64,000 nucleotides of DNA from a virus, in IMG/VR virus record IMGVR_UViG_3300031227_009907, positions 1 to 64,000 of that record; one strand, written 5' to 3'. The translations under genes and the position numbers were made by a program. The notes under the pieces were generated by a model. It was given only the letters and a program-made list of their open reading frames with translations, searched no databases and was not told the DNA's origin. Shown here one piece after another: positions 55,036 through 64,000 of the stretch. The number at the start of each line of letters is the position of its first letter. Within the stretch, counting starts at the first letter, position 1.

Positions 55036-57328
55036 AGCTCATAATCCTAGACTAATAGCGACACAGCGATCTAAAAAGCCCTATAAGAAGATACCTACAC
55101 AGAGAGTATCTTTAATTAAGTCTGTGATGCAGGCTGCACAAGACAATAGAAGCATCGTTATAAGCTACACGCGGGTTAGTGATGGGAAGCGAGTTAAGCG
55201 TAATTTAGATTATTATTCATTACGTTTGAGAAAAGCCGGGGGAAGGGTGCAACCGGTATTATTTGGGTATCATCCCGCACACAATAGTATTGAAATGTAT
55301 GTCGTAAAGAACATTCACTGGGTCAAGCCCGGACGTAGGAAATATGAACCTATATGGCCCGTTGAGATTGGAGAGAAAGGGATAAAGAAGGGAAGGAGAC
55401 AAATATCAGAGATTCTTGAATGGGTTCCTGCCGTTAAATATAAAAGGAGAATATATGTTGGGGGTGTAATGTGGGATCGTAGTTTTAAAGATAGACCTTA
55501 TTTTAGAAGGGCCATGCACCATCCTGATATTATTAGGACATATTTACAGGATGAGATAGACAGGCTTGGATATGATGAATTTATTAAAGGAGTAACAAGG
55601 GGGTGGGTTGACCTTAATGGAAGATTTCATTCTGTGCAAGAAGTTAGGATAGGTAACGAAAAACTTGCTGCAAGAAAGCAAAGATTACAAAAGAAAATGG
55701 AAGCTGGCTATAGAAATAAGATGAGGAAAGGTGGAAATAGGCTTCAGCGTTTTATATGGAGAGATAAGCCAAGCAATAATTATGCCTTTAGAGGGGTATC
55801 ATTTGTTGAACTAAAGAATATTTATAAAACTAAACAAATTAAGTCTCATGGTAAAATGAATATTTTTGATAAGGAACCAGGAAAAACGTATTTTTCTGAT
55901 ACGGCTGTAGTTGCTTCGAGTAGGGCGGCTGACTATAAAGGATACCTTTTAATACTTAAGAAAGATAAAAGATATTTAAATAGAGGGATAAGACATTGGG
56001 AGGACATGCTTTATTACACCCCCACCAAACCTGTCCCATCGTCTATTGTGAAGAGGGTTATAAAGTTTATTCCTCTTAGTGCTCCCGGTAAATGGCCCGA
56101 AGAGTGGTTTAGTTATGCTGATGTAACAAAGAGATTTAGGGATGGGTCTTTATTCAGTCGAAAGAAGAGAATAAGGAAAGTTTCTAATAAAACAAAAAAG
56201 ATAAGGCAATTAGATAACTTTTTTGCTTCTCTTACAAGGGCGGTGAAGTATGGGCGTAGTGAAATATATCCAGCAAAAGACCCTTACGAAACTCACGAAG
56301 AGATTTTTGATAGGGTATATAGAATTGCAAGGGGCTCTAATGGAAAGGAGGGCTATGTTACCCCCACTGGTCGTTTTATTTCTTATTATCAAGCGTCTGT
56401 ATATGAAAGAGAGTATGTTGAATTAGCTCAAGATTCTTCAATGGAATGGCCCATAGATACGGGGAAATATAAGGGGGTAAAAAACCTGTGGGAGCGTCCT
56501 AGGTCTTATAAGCGAAAGAAGAGAATAAAGAAGTCCCTTAGTGTTCCCGATGGTCCTAATATTTCTCCTGAAGGGAAAGCTTATACAATTATATGGGCAA
56601 ATGGGAAGGGGCTAACTACATGGAAAACACGCAAGCAAGCCCTTCAATTTATTCGCATAAAAGGGGATGACGTAAACAGTTTTACTTATGGAGATAAAAA
56701 AGGTCCAAAATATATGGATGTTTCTCTTATTGGTAAGGCAATAATGAAGTTCCGTAGAATGCCGTGGCATTATATTGGAATGTTACAGAGGGCATTTGGG
56801 GGTGTATCCCATCATGTATTGGCAGTGGCGGCAAGGAAAGGTAAGCTGACTATAGAAAGGTTAGCCGAAGCAGGAATCCCTAGAGGTAAAGCCTCTTCAA
56901 TTGTTGAATATCTAAAGAGAACAAGAATTCCCGGGAGAGTTAAAAAGCCTTGGGTTGCTTCATATTATCCCAAGGGAAGAGAAATTCACATGTCTCCTAA
57001 TATTTTAGGGGGGAGAAAATGGGCGGCATATATACATGAAAATGCGCACGATATTTGGTTTAAGGTATTAAAGCCTAGAGAAAGAAAAATATTTACTAGA
57101 ATAGTGCGTAGACATTATCCTGATTATTATAATGCAATTAAGGAAGGGTTAAAAGATAGCGGGTATAATGTGACACAAGTCCCTGGTGAATTTTTTGTTA
57201 GAGTAGTTGAAGCACGTAGCCGTTTTCCATCTAAATATAAAAAGCTTATTGGAGATGACCGGTTTTTCCCTAAGGTAATGAATTATTTCTTTACAAAATA
57301 TCCCGCTTTATTAAATCCCCATAAATAA
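55028..57328 (+). CDS. Polyvalent multidomain protein: WYL + repeated His domain x2 + ADP-ribosyltransferase-like + zincin (HExxH)
   Basis: IVISY....GK...R....YSL....LFGY (WYL); YAFRG..TYFS....A (ART-like); YIHENAH..GEFF; domains separated by basic linkers. Confidence 0.7.
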   Translation: MDKAHNPRLIATQRSKKPYKKIPTQRVSLIKSVMQAAQDNRSIVISYTRVSDGKRVKRNLDYYSLRLRKAGGRVQPVLFGYHPAHNSIEMYVVKNIHWVKPGRRKYEPIWPVEIGEKGIKKGRRQISEILEWVPAVKYKRRIYVGGVMWDRSFKDRPYFRRAMHHPDIIRTYLQDEIDRLGYDEFIKGVTRGWVDLNGRFHSVQEVRIGNEKLAARKQRLQKKMEAGYRNKMRKGGNRLQRFIWRDKPSNNYAFRGVSFVELKNIYKTKQIKSHGKMNIFDKEPGKTYFSDTAVVASSRAADYKGYLLILKKDKRYLNRGIRHWEDMLYYTPTKPVPSSIVKRVIKFIPLSAPGKWPEEWFSYADVTKRFRDGSLFSRKKRIRKVSNKTKKIRQLDNFFASLTRAVKYGRSEIYPAKDPYETHEEIFDRVYRIARGSNGKEGYVTPTGRFISYYQASVYEREYVELAQDSSMEWPIDTGKYKGVKNLWERPRSYKRKKRIKKSLSVPDGPNISPEGKAYTIIWANGKGLTTWKTRKQALQFIRIKGDDVNSFTYGDKKGPKYMDVSLIGKAIMKFRRMPWHYIGMLQRAFGGVSHHVLAVAARKGKLTIERLAEAGIPRGKASSIVEYLKRTRIPGRVKKPWVASYYPKGREIHMSPNILGGRKWAAYIHENAHDIWFKVLKPRERKIFTRIVRRHYPDYYNAIKEGLKDSGYNVTQVPGEFFVRVVEARSRFPSKYKKLIGDDRFFPKVMNYFFTKYPALLNPHK

Positions 57329-57444
57329 GAGGATGGCAATAGATTAATTAAATAAGGAGCAAGGTTATTATTAAAGAATGGGGGTTCTTTGAGAAGGTTG
57401 GTATATTGGACACTATTTTAGGGGAAACTAATAAGGAGCGAAAA

Positions 57445-57627
57445 ATGGTTAATTTGGACGATAGAAAGTTTTTACAAGAATTGAGATACAAAGCTATTGC
57501 AAGAGCACACAATACCCCTAATTTAAGTTAGGTATGGGAGGAGGCTTATGAGGATTTAGCACAGGCGGCAGATAAGTTGGATGCAATGTTGGCAAGGAAA
57601 GTTATTATTGAGGAGAAAGAAGGATGA
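57445..57627 (+). pseudogene. Small phage protein with in-frame TAG at 57529
   Basis: AAGGAG RBS; MVNLDDRKFLQELRYKAIARAHNTPNLS*VWEEAYEDLAQAADKLDAMLARK...; ATGA-coupled to next gene. Confidence 0.6.
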
Positions 57628-57932
57628 AGAGGATTTGTGTTGCGTTGTTGATAGTCATTGGTTTATTGGGTATGTCTGGCTGTGTTACACTTCAGGCACA
57701 GTTCGACGAGAAAGTTGATGTCTACGCAGATAGTATTGTTGAGGCTATCGGCCCTGAGCTAACTGATGCTATCATAACGGCGGCAGACAATGAGACCGCG
57801 AAAGCAATGGTCTTAGATTGGATTGAGGACAAGTGGCTCAAGGGAGACGATCACCCCGTTATTAAAGCGTTGCTATCTGAGGCCGCTGATATTGTTGTCA
57901 GAGAATTAAGACAGGCCGTTGAGAGACCGTAA
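57624..57932 (+). CDS. Lipoprotein
   Basis: MKR + hydrophobic core + MSG-C lipobox. Confidence 0.75.
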   Translation: MKRICVALLIVIGLLGMSGCVTLQAQFDEKVDVYADSIVEAIGPELTDAIITAADNETAKAMVLDWIEDKWLKGDDHPVIKALLSEAADIVVRELRQAVERP

Positions 57933-58054
57933 AGATGTTTAAGAAGAAATGGGATAAAGGTCTTGTGGTCTTCGGGATACTATTCATTGTAATAGTTATA
58001 ATCTGTGCCATTATTGGCATTTTTGACATTATAAAGCTTACTGGGGGATAAACC

Positions 58055-58492
58055 GTGAAAGATATATGCGCGTCATATTTATTGACCGCTGGGATGGTGG
58101 TTTTAACCTGCTTTCTTTTTCTAGGTTGTCAATCCAGCGGCCCTACCCTTGGGGACTCCCCACAAGCCCAGGATAGTAATTCAGACGTAGGATGGTATCA
58201 GGGGGTCACGACTAAGTTGAAGCTGGCCATACAAAACCCTAAAGTGCAACTAGGGACTGGGGCAACCGGTATATTTGCTATCCTTTTTTTAATATTAAGA
58301 TGGTCGTTGAAGTTTATAAACCTTTTTGGTAAATTGACAGGGAGTATTGCAACTGCTGATAAGATTGGGATGGATCGTAAAGAGTTAGGGACACTTCTTA
58401 AGATATTTAAGCAGGGATTAAAGCCTAGTGAGCTTACATTCCTTGATAAATATTTGGTTAAGAACAAAAATAAGGTAAGTATAAAGGAGTAA
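58055..58492 (+). CDS. Lipoprotein/membrane protein (possible lysis function)
   Basis: FLG-C lipobox plus internal TM segment. Confidence 0.6.
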   Translation: MKDICASYLLTAGMVVLTCFLFLGCQSSGPTLGDSPQAQDSNSDVGWYQGVTTKLKLAIQNPKVQLGTGATGIFAILFLILRWSLKFINLFGKLTGSIATADKIGMDRKELGTLLKIFKQGLKPSELTFLDKYLVKNKNKVSIKE

Positions 58493-58493
58493 G

Positions 58494-58820
58494 GTGATGG
58501 CGGTAGACCCAAGAGCGGAAGAGAATGTTGAGCCTGGGACAAGTCCCTCTCATTATGTTGAGCGTTTGACGAAGAAGTATTTAGAGAAGGTGCTTGGTAA
58601 TAAAGACGTAAAGGGGGTTGTCGTTATCGCTGAGTTTCAAGATAGCGATGAGCCAGTTGTGAGGATATGGCCCTCTGCTTCAAGGTTATTTAATGTAGGG
58701 GCATCTATGGAACTTAATGCGTTTATCGGTGAGGATGATTTTAGGTTAGAGGGCGAAGATGAGGATTTTGAGGGAAGGTTGACAGATTTGGAGTTGCAAG
58801 GAGAAGAGGAAGGAGAATAA
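58494..58820 (+). CDS. Acidic hypothetical protein
   Basis: ORF in operon. Confidence 0.55.
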   Translation: MMAVDPRAEENVEPGTSPSHYVERLTKKYLEKVLGNKDVKGVVVIAEFQDSDEPVVRIWPSASRLFNVGASMELNAFIGEDDFRLEGEDEDFEGRLTDLELQGEEEGE

Positions 58821-58826
58821 TTAAGC

Positions 58827-59651
58827 ATGAATGAGAGCCCCATATCTATAAAAGATGGCCTGTTAAACGCAAGAGATAGTAGGAGGAATATAGATTGCGG
58901 CGACATAAGATATGGGGCTTCTTTTTTATCTAAAGGAAGTTTGCGTAGAAAGAGAGATTTACAGATAAGGCGTCTTGAGTTATTCTTATTATCTCTTAGA
59001 AAAGCTCTTAATGTTGATGGACAGGTTATTGTGGGGAGCGAACATGAGAATCATTTACAAATAGCTGATAGAGTGGCTGTAAAGTTAGGGTATAAAGGGA
59101 GTGAAAGAGTTATTGATTTTGTGAATGGGTCAAGACGCGATGTGAATTTTGGCTTTGTAAATATAAGGACGGGGAAATGGATTGATGAAGATGCTGCCGT
59201 TGGGTTTGAAGGGAAGTATGCACGATTGATGGGAGTGGTTGGATTGCCGAATAGAAAGATTATAAGAAAGGCTAATAATAAGCTCCAGAAAGGTCTTTTA
59301 CATTCAGGAGAGAAAGAGATTATCTTAAGCATCTGGAAGTGGCTTGAGAGGAATGGAGAATTTCAGCGTAGGATGGCTGAGATCATCACGAGGTATGGTT
59401 ATGGGGGCATAGGGGGTAAGTTTGGCTCTACGGTCAAGCTATCTATGGGGAAAGCGATCAGGTTGGCTAGGGAGGCAGACCAACAACGGCTGATTGGCCT
59501 CAAGGTGTTGGCTCCTAGGGTAAGCTTCCTTGATAATGTTAGCAGAGATATGAAAAGGAGATATAAGGGGAATATAGAAACGATAGTAACTCTTCTTGGG
59601 AAGAGGAGAGACCAGTTAGTCAGTATTGCCGTTAGAAAGAAATATTCATAG
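58827..59651 (+). CDS. Basic modular protein with a third copy of the His domain
   Basis: LRKA|LNVDGQVIVG..ENHLQI..FGFVNI.TGKWI; LSKG, IRKA, LQKG linkers. Confidence 0.65.
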   Translation: MNESPISIKDGLLNARDSRRNIDCGDIRYGASFLSKGSLRRKRDLQIRRLELFLLSLRKALNVDGQVIVGSEHENHLQIADRVAVKLGYKGSERVIDFVNGSRRDVNFGFVNIRTGKWIDEDAAVGFEGKYARLMGVVGLPNRKIIRKANNKLQKGLLHSGEKEIILSIWKWLERNGEFQRRMAEIITRYGYGGIGGKFGSTVKLSMGKAIRLAREADQQRLIGLKVLAPRVSFLDNVSRDMKRRYKGNIETIVTLLGKRRDQLVSIAVRKKYS

Positions 59652-59682
59652 GGTGACAAGATAATCTTAATGGAGCAAAACA

Positions 59683-60096
59683 ATGGAAAAGGTAGAGACG
59701 GAAAATAAAAGATGCTATGAATTAAAAATAGGACAATTGCGTAAAAAGGTAAAGGGGTTAGTAAATGAGAGTGGACCCGAGGATGGCACCAGTGCATTAA
59801 GAGGGTTTGCCTTAGGTCTTGTTAATGAGATAGAGAGGTTAAGAGAAGAAATAAGGAGTAAAATTCCAATAAGATATTTAGCGGATGTAGACCTGGAAAG
59901 GATGGGGCATAAGGAGTTAAGAGATGCTATAATAAAGAGGGAGGTTGAGAGAAGTAAGGATAAAGCCAGAGGTAAGCCAGTTAGCGAAGAGGAGGGATTG
60001 AAGAACTTTCTTGCATGGTTTAAAGGAGAAACTAATTCACGTACAATACAGCTAATAATAGAAGATTTTATAGAGGCTCGTGACAGGATTTCATAG
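59683..60096 (+). CDS. Helical hypothetical protein
   Basis: GGAG RBS. Confidence 0.6.
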   Translation: MEKVETENKRCYELKIGQLRKKVKGLVNESGPEDGTSALRGFALGLVNEIERLREEIRSKIPIRYLADVDLERMGHKELRDAIIKREVERSKDKARGKPVSEEEGLKNFLAWFKGETNSRTIQLIIEDFIEARDRIS

Positions 60097-60125
60097 AATA
60101 TATATACGGACAGTGGAGCAAAACA

Positions 60126-60734
60126 ATGGACATGCAGGAAAGAGGGCACTTTTATAGGAAGGCATTCCCAAATTATCCACCCTTAGCGTATAATAATGGA
60201 TGGTTATACGGGGTGTGGATGATAGGGAATAACTATAAAGGAACAGGATATTACGGGAGTTATCCTCCAGGCTATGTAAAGAGGGTGATGAGTTTATTTC
60301 CAGATATGAATAATGTTCTACATTTATTCTCAGGATCATTAAAGAAAGAAGACGTAGGGGAGAAGGATGTAAGGGTAGATTTACATGACGTGAAGAATGA
60401 GAGGACAGGAGAGGTTATACAGCCAGACGTGTGTTGTGACGTCCATAAGTTGAACAAGAGTATAGGGACAGAGGTATCCGATCTCATATTAGCCGATCCT
60501 CCTTACTCTGAAGAGGATGCTGCCCATTATGGTGTATGCTTAATTAATAGAAGAAAAGTATTTAAACAATGTTATAAGGTATTAAAATATAATGGTTATA
60601 TGGTATGGTTAGATCAAGTATTTCCTATGTATAGAAAAGAATATTGGAAATTAGAAGGAACAATAGGGATTATAAGGAGCACGAATCATAGGGTGAGAGT
60701 ATGTTTTATATTTAAGAAGTTAAAGGGAGAATAG
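60126..60734 (+). CDS. Putative DNA adenine methyltransferase
   Basis: YYGSYP, VLHLFSG, DLILADPPY. Confidence 0.75.
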   Translation: MDMQERGHFYRKAFPNYPPLAYNNGWLYGVWMIGNNYKGTGYYGSYPPGYVKRVMSLFPDMNNVLHLFSGSLKKEDVGEKDVRVDLHDVKNERTGEVIQPDVCCDVHKLNKSIGTEVSDLILADPPYSEEDAAHYGVCLINRRKVFKQCYKVLKYNGYMVWLDQVFPMYRKEYWKLEGTIGIIRSTNHRVRVCFIFKKLKGE

Positions 60735-60924
60735 TAATGTATGAGGAACTTGAAATAGGGATAATTGCTTTAATGGTAATAAGTTTCTTAGTAGGTATTT
60801 ATATAGGTAGAAGGAGTAGAGATAAAGAGGTAGATAAGGTTAGGGGAGAGCTAAATAGGCATATATGGAATTCTTATATTAGACATGATTAATTACGTAG
60901 GGACTGACAAAGGAGAAGAGAGTA

Positions 60925-61437
60925 ATGACTCGCCCAAATAAGCACATGTATTATTTAAACATTGCACATGAGGTAGCCAAGAGAGGAACGTGTTTAAGAA
61001 GGAACTATGGAGCAGTAATAGTTAATAATGACCAGATAGTTTCTACAGGATATACAGGAGCGCCAAGAGGACTTCCTAATTGCACAGACAGAGGAACATG
61101 CTTAAGGGAAGAGTTAAAAGTAAAGCCAGGAGAGAATTATGAGCTATGTAGATCAGTACATGCAGAGATGAATGCTTGTTTACAGACAGGGAGAGAGAAG
61201 TGTATTGGTGCAGCATTATACTTAGAGATGATAGAATCCCCTAAAGATAATGGGATGATAGAGGGTTCTCCCCGTATAATCCCTGAACCTTGTAGGATGT
61301 GTAAGCGAGTGATTATAAACTGTGGGATTACAACTGTGGTTACAAAAGGGATAGAAGCAAAAGCTGTTGGGAATAGAGAGTGGGTTGTTGTAACGTATGT
61401 TAAAGAATGGATAGATACAAATTTGTATGAGTTATAA
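60925..61437 (+). CDS. dCMP deaminase
   Basis: TCLRR.YGAVIV, STGY.G, VHAEMNA, PCRMCKRVIIN. Confidence 0.93.
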   Translation: MTRPNKHMYYLNIAHEVAKRGTCLRRNYGAVIVNNDQIVSTGYTGAPRGLPNCTDRGTCLREELKVKPGENYELCRSVHAEMNACLQTGREKCIGAALYLEMIESPKDNGMIEGSPRIIPEPCRMCKRVIINCGITTVVTKGIEAKAVGNREWVVVTYVKEWIDTNLYEL

Positions 61438-61489
61438 GAAAAGGACGGTAAGTTAATCCCTGTTCAGGGTTTTGTGTGGAAGGGTAATA

Positions 61490-62266
61490 ATGTATGATTT
61501 TGAAAAGATTGAACCTATGGTATTTTGTTTATCAACGGGAAGGACAGGGACTTTAACTCTGGAAAGGCTTTTTAGAGATAGTCCTGAAGCCCTATGTTGG
61601 CATGAACCCTTACCTCATATATCAGTATTTCCTTTAGATAAAACAAGGTCTTTATGGGACACAAGGACGCACTTATTTTGTCAATCTATAAAAGCGAATG
61701 TAGGATATGTAGAATTAGGCGCACACCTTACATTCATAGCCTATGAAATATCTAAAGAGCTTCCACAGTCTAAGTTTTTGCACTTAATCCGTGACCCAAG
61801 GTATTTTGTAAGATCAGGGGTAAGGAGAGGATGGTATAAGGCGGGTAGGATACATGCGGGTATGTGCCCTAAAGAAGGGGATATGTTTTATAAAGAATGG
61901 CCTCTCTTAGCAGAGTATGAGAGAGTTGCATGGAATTGGAGAAAGAGAAATGAGTGGATTAGAACATTTTGCGAGACATTACCGAAAGAAAGGCATCTTA
62001 CATTTTACTCTGAAGACTTATTTGCAGGGAATAGATTAGATGTCCTTTCAAACTTCTTAGGGCTATCTCTCCCTTGTGGAGAAAATACAGGGAAGATATT
62101 ATCTTGCCCCCTTAATAGTCAGAGCGAAGGAGAGTTCCCTAAAGTTAAAGATTGGAGCATAGAGACAACGAATAGGGTGTTGAGAATAGTGGAAGATGAA
62201 TTAGTAAACTATACCAGATATGCTCACTTGTTAGTTAGTCCTATAATAGAAAAAGAGGAAAAATAA
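61490..62266 (+). CDS. Sulfotransferase-family protein
   Basis: STGRTGT (5'-PSB), HEP, HLIRDPR.FVRS (3'-PB). Confidence 0.85.
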   Translation: MYDFEKIEPMVFCLSTGRTGTLTLERLFRDSPEALCWHEPLPHISVFPLDKTRSLWDTRTHLFCQSIKANVGYVELGAHLTFIAYEISKELPQSKFLHLIRDPRYFVRSGVRRGWYKAGRIHAGMCPKEGDMFYKEWPLLAEYERVAWNWRKRNEWIRTFCETLPKERHLTFYSEDLFAGNRLDVLSNFLGLSLPCGENTGKILSCPLNSQSEGEFPKVKDWSIETTNRVLRIVEDELVNYTRYAHLLVSPIIEKEEK

Positions 62267-63069
62267 TGCACCTTCTTGATGCCTTTAAAATTAATCCCTG
62301 TGTAATAGGGTTGTCTACAGGGAGATGTGGGACGATGACATTAACGGACATATTTAAAGATGCCCCTGAAGCATTTGTTTACCACGAACCTGGTCCTCAA
62401 ATGGATGGTGGACTGAATACATTTTATGGTCTTGGGGATATACCCCATAATATTGATAATTGGCTAAAGTCAAGGGAAGCCTTATTGGTTAAATCTATTT
62501 TAGCTAAAAAGGGATATGTTGAACTTGGAGGCAGGAATGCGTTTAGGTGTTATGAAGCGAACGCCTGTCTTCCTCACTGTAAGTTCCTACACATAGTAAG
62601 AGACCCAAGAGCTTTTATTCGTTCTTGCATGAGAAGAAAATGGTATACCCCTTATGTTGGGGATAGGAGAGAAGGCTATAATATGTCTATGTTTCCAAAT
62701 AGAGATGACCCTGATATTGAGCTATGGCCTAAGTGAGGGCCATTCGAGAAAGTATGTTGGTATTGGAAGAATAGAAATAGGTTTATCCGTGAGTTCTGTA
62801 ATAGGGTAGGGACAGAGAGAAGTTTATTGTTTTATGCAGAACATATATTTGCGGGAGAGTGTTTATCCAGTCTAGCAACATTCTTAGGGTTAACGCTACC
62901 TAGCGGAGAGAAGATAAGGGCTGTTCTTAGTGACAATTATAATAGGCAGAAGGAAGGTGAATTTCCTAAGCCTGAAGATTGGCCTAAGGATATGGTAGAT
63001 ACCGCAAATAATATCATAGGGGATGAGTTAGATCATTACCCTCTTTATTGGGCAATTAACGATAGGTAG
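62266..63069 (+). pseudogene. Second sulfotransferase, interrupted by in-frame TGA at 62734
   Basis: STGRCGT, HEP, HIVRDPR; after TGA the same frame continues GPFEKVCWYWKNRN...NRQKEGEFPK, aligning with the upstream paralogue. Confidence 0.8.
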
Positions 63070-63242
63070 AATGTTATGATGGAATATAAAGAGAGATTGG
63101 GGGGGGCGAATATGACTGTCTTTCAAGGTTTAACTATCGTATGGGGCGTAGAGAGCGGTAACGTCTTAATACAATGAAGTAGTAAGACGATAATCTTAAA
63201 GTAGCAATCTGTAAAATAGTTATATAATTAGGAGGACATATA

Positions 63243-64000
63243 ATGCCAGTTTTCGGTTCTGGGGCAGTTCGTATTCCTGAAGCAGCCAAGTGGCATCTAT
63301 TATTTTGGCTATTAAGCGATTTATACACAGGGGCAAAAGGACCCGCTATGAGGGAGAAACTGGAGCGTATTATAGATCGCGTTCAAAGGCGCTATAATAC
63401 AAGGAAAGTCTCCATTGATGGTGACTTAAAGAAAGTTTCTATCCTTGGTGAAAGCCCTATAACTGCTTTGCATGAGTTGATGGGTGTATTTAATAGACAT
63501 AAACTCTCTAAGCAGCAGATACAGTGTGTATTCAGCCAATTAAATAAGCCGGAAGAGAAGGTTAATCTTGTAAAAGACTTAATTGGCGTAGATACTGATG
63601 AAGATAGAATGATATTAAAATGTGTTGCAACCGTAGCAGGGGCTAAAGGGAAGGTAGAAGAGTATGCTAGTGGTAAAATAGGGGTTTTTGCTAGTAAACA
63701 GGGAAAGAGATTAATTGACTATATTGCTCGTAAGAGTCCTAAGAAGGCAGCGGAATTGGCGCGGACTCTAAAGGATGCGAAAACTATCGGTAGGACGACA
63801 AGAGATGTTGCAAGACGCCATAAATATACAACAGGGGCAATAGCGGGTGTTGCCGGAACATTGGCTGTTCAAGCGGGTAGACGTAAAAGACGGCGTAATG
63901 AATACGAGGAAGAGTATGCTGGAGGTAAACTGGGGGTCTTTGCTGGGGAACAAGGGAAGAGATTAATTGAGTATATTGCCCGTAAGAGTCCCAAGAAAGC
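63243..64000 (+). CDS. Basic repeat polyprotein, 3'-truncated (not in ORF track)
   Basis: AGGAGG RBS; frame open to window end; 84-aa unit starting EEYA.GK.GVFA..QGKRLI.YIARKSPKKA at 63657 and 63909. Confidence 0.8.
   Translation, partial: MPVFGSGAVRIPEAAKWHLLFWLLSDLYTGAKGPAMREKLERIIDRVQRRYNTRKVSIDGDLKKVSILGESPITALHELMGVFNRHKLSKQQIQCVFSQLNKPEEKVNLVKDLIGVDTDEDRMILKCVATVAGAKGKVEEYASGKIGVFASKQGKRLIDYIARKSPKKAAELARTLKDAKTIGRTTRDVARRHKYTTGAIAGVAGTLAVQAGRRKRRRNEYEEEYAGGKLGVFAGEQGKRLIEYIARKSPKK

Noticed and set aside
1-64000. Genome-wide stop-codon reassignment (TGA or TAG)
   Set aside because: Both act as real stops at conserved gene ends (e.g. TGA TGA AAA TGA after 10776; many ATGA overlaps); the two in-frame stops are of different types

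Overview
A 64 kb segment of a large, AT-rich dsDNA tailed-phage genome (Caudoviricetes-like); essentially every credible gene is on the + strand and uses the standard code. In order: (1) 3' part of a Gly-X-Thr collagen-like fibre gene, followed by a ~9 kb glycosyltransferase/SAM-methyltransferase island; (2) SNF2 helicase, DnaC-like loader, DnaB, three tRNAs and primase; (3) an early-type region of small genes behind sigma54- and sigma70-like promoters, with conserved intergenic cassettes; (4) two structured ncRNA candidates, each led by the same boxA-like 16-mer; (5) DnaE, a tandem array of five small paralogues, SSB, UDG, RecA, SbcCD, 5'-3' exonuclease, RuvC and HIRAN; (6) a mosaic DNA-methyltransferase/TerS junction, a sigma factor and TerL with an HNH intein; (7) very basic modular proteins that look like protease-processed, virion-packaged polyproteins (WYL, ART-like, zincin, cationic peptides); (8) a methyltransferase, dCMP deaminase and two sulfotransferases. 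The best candidates for an undescribed system are the fibre glycosylation/methylation/sulfation machinery with split enzymes, the K|[S/A/G/V]- and EEYA-punctuated polyproteins, and the boxA-led tRNA-like ncRNAs. All family calls are motif recognition by eye; no searches were run.
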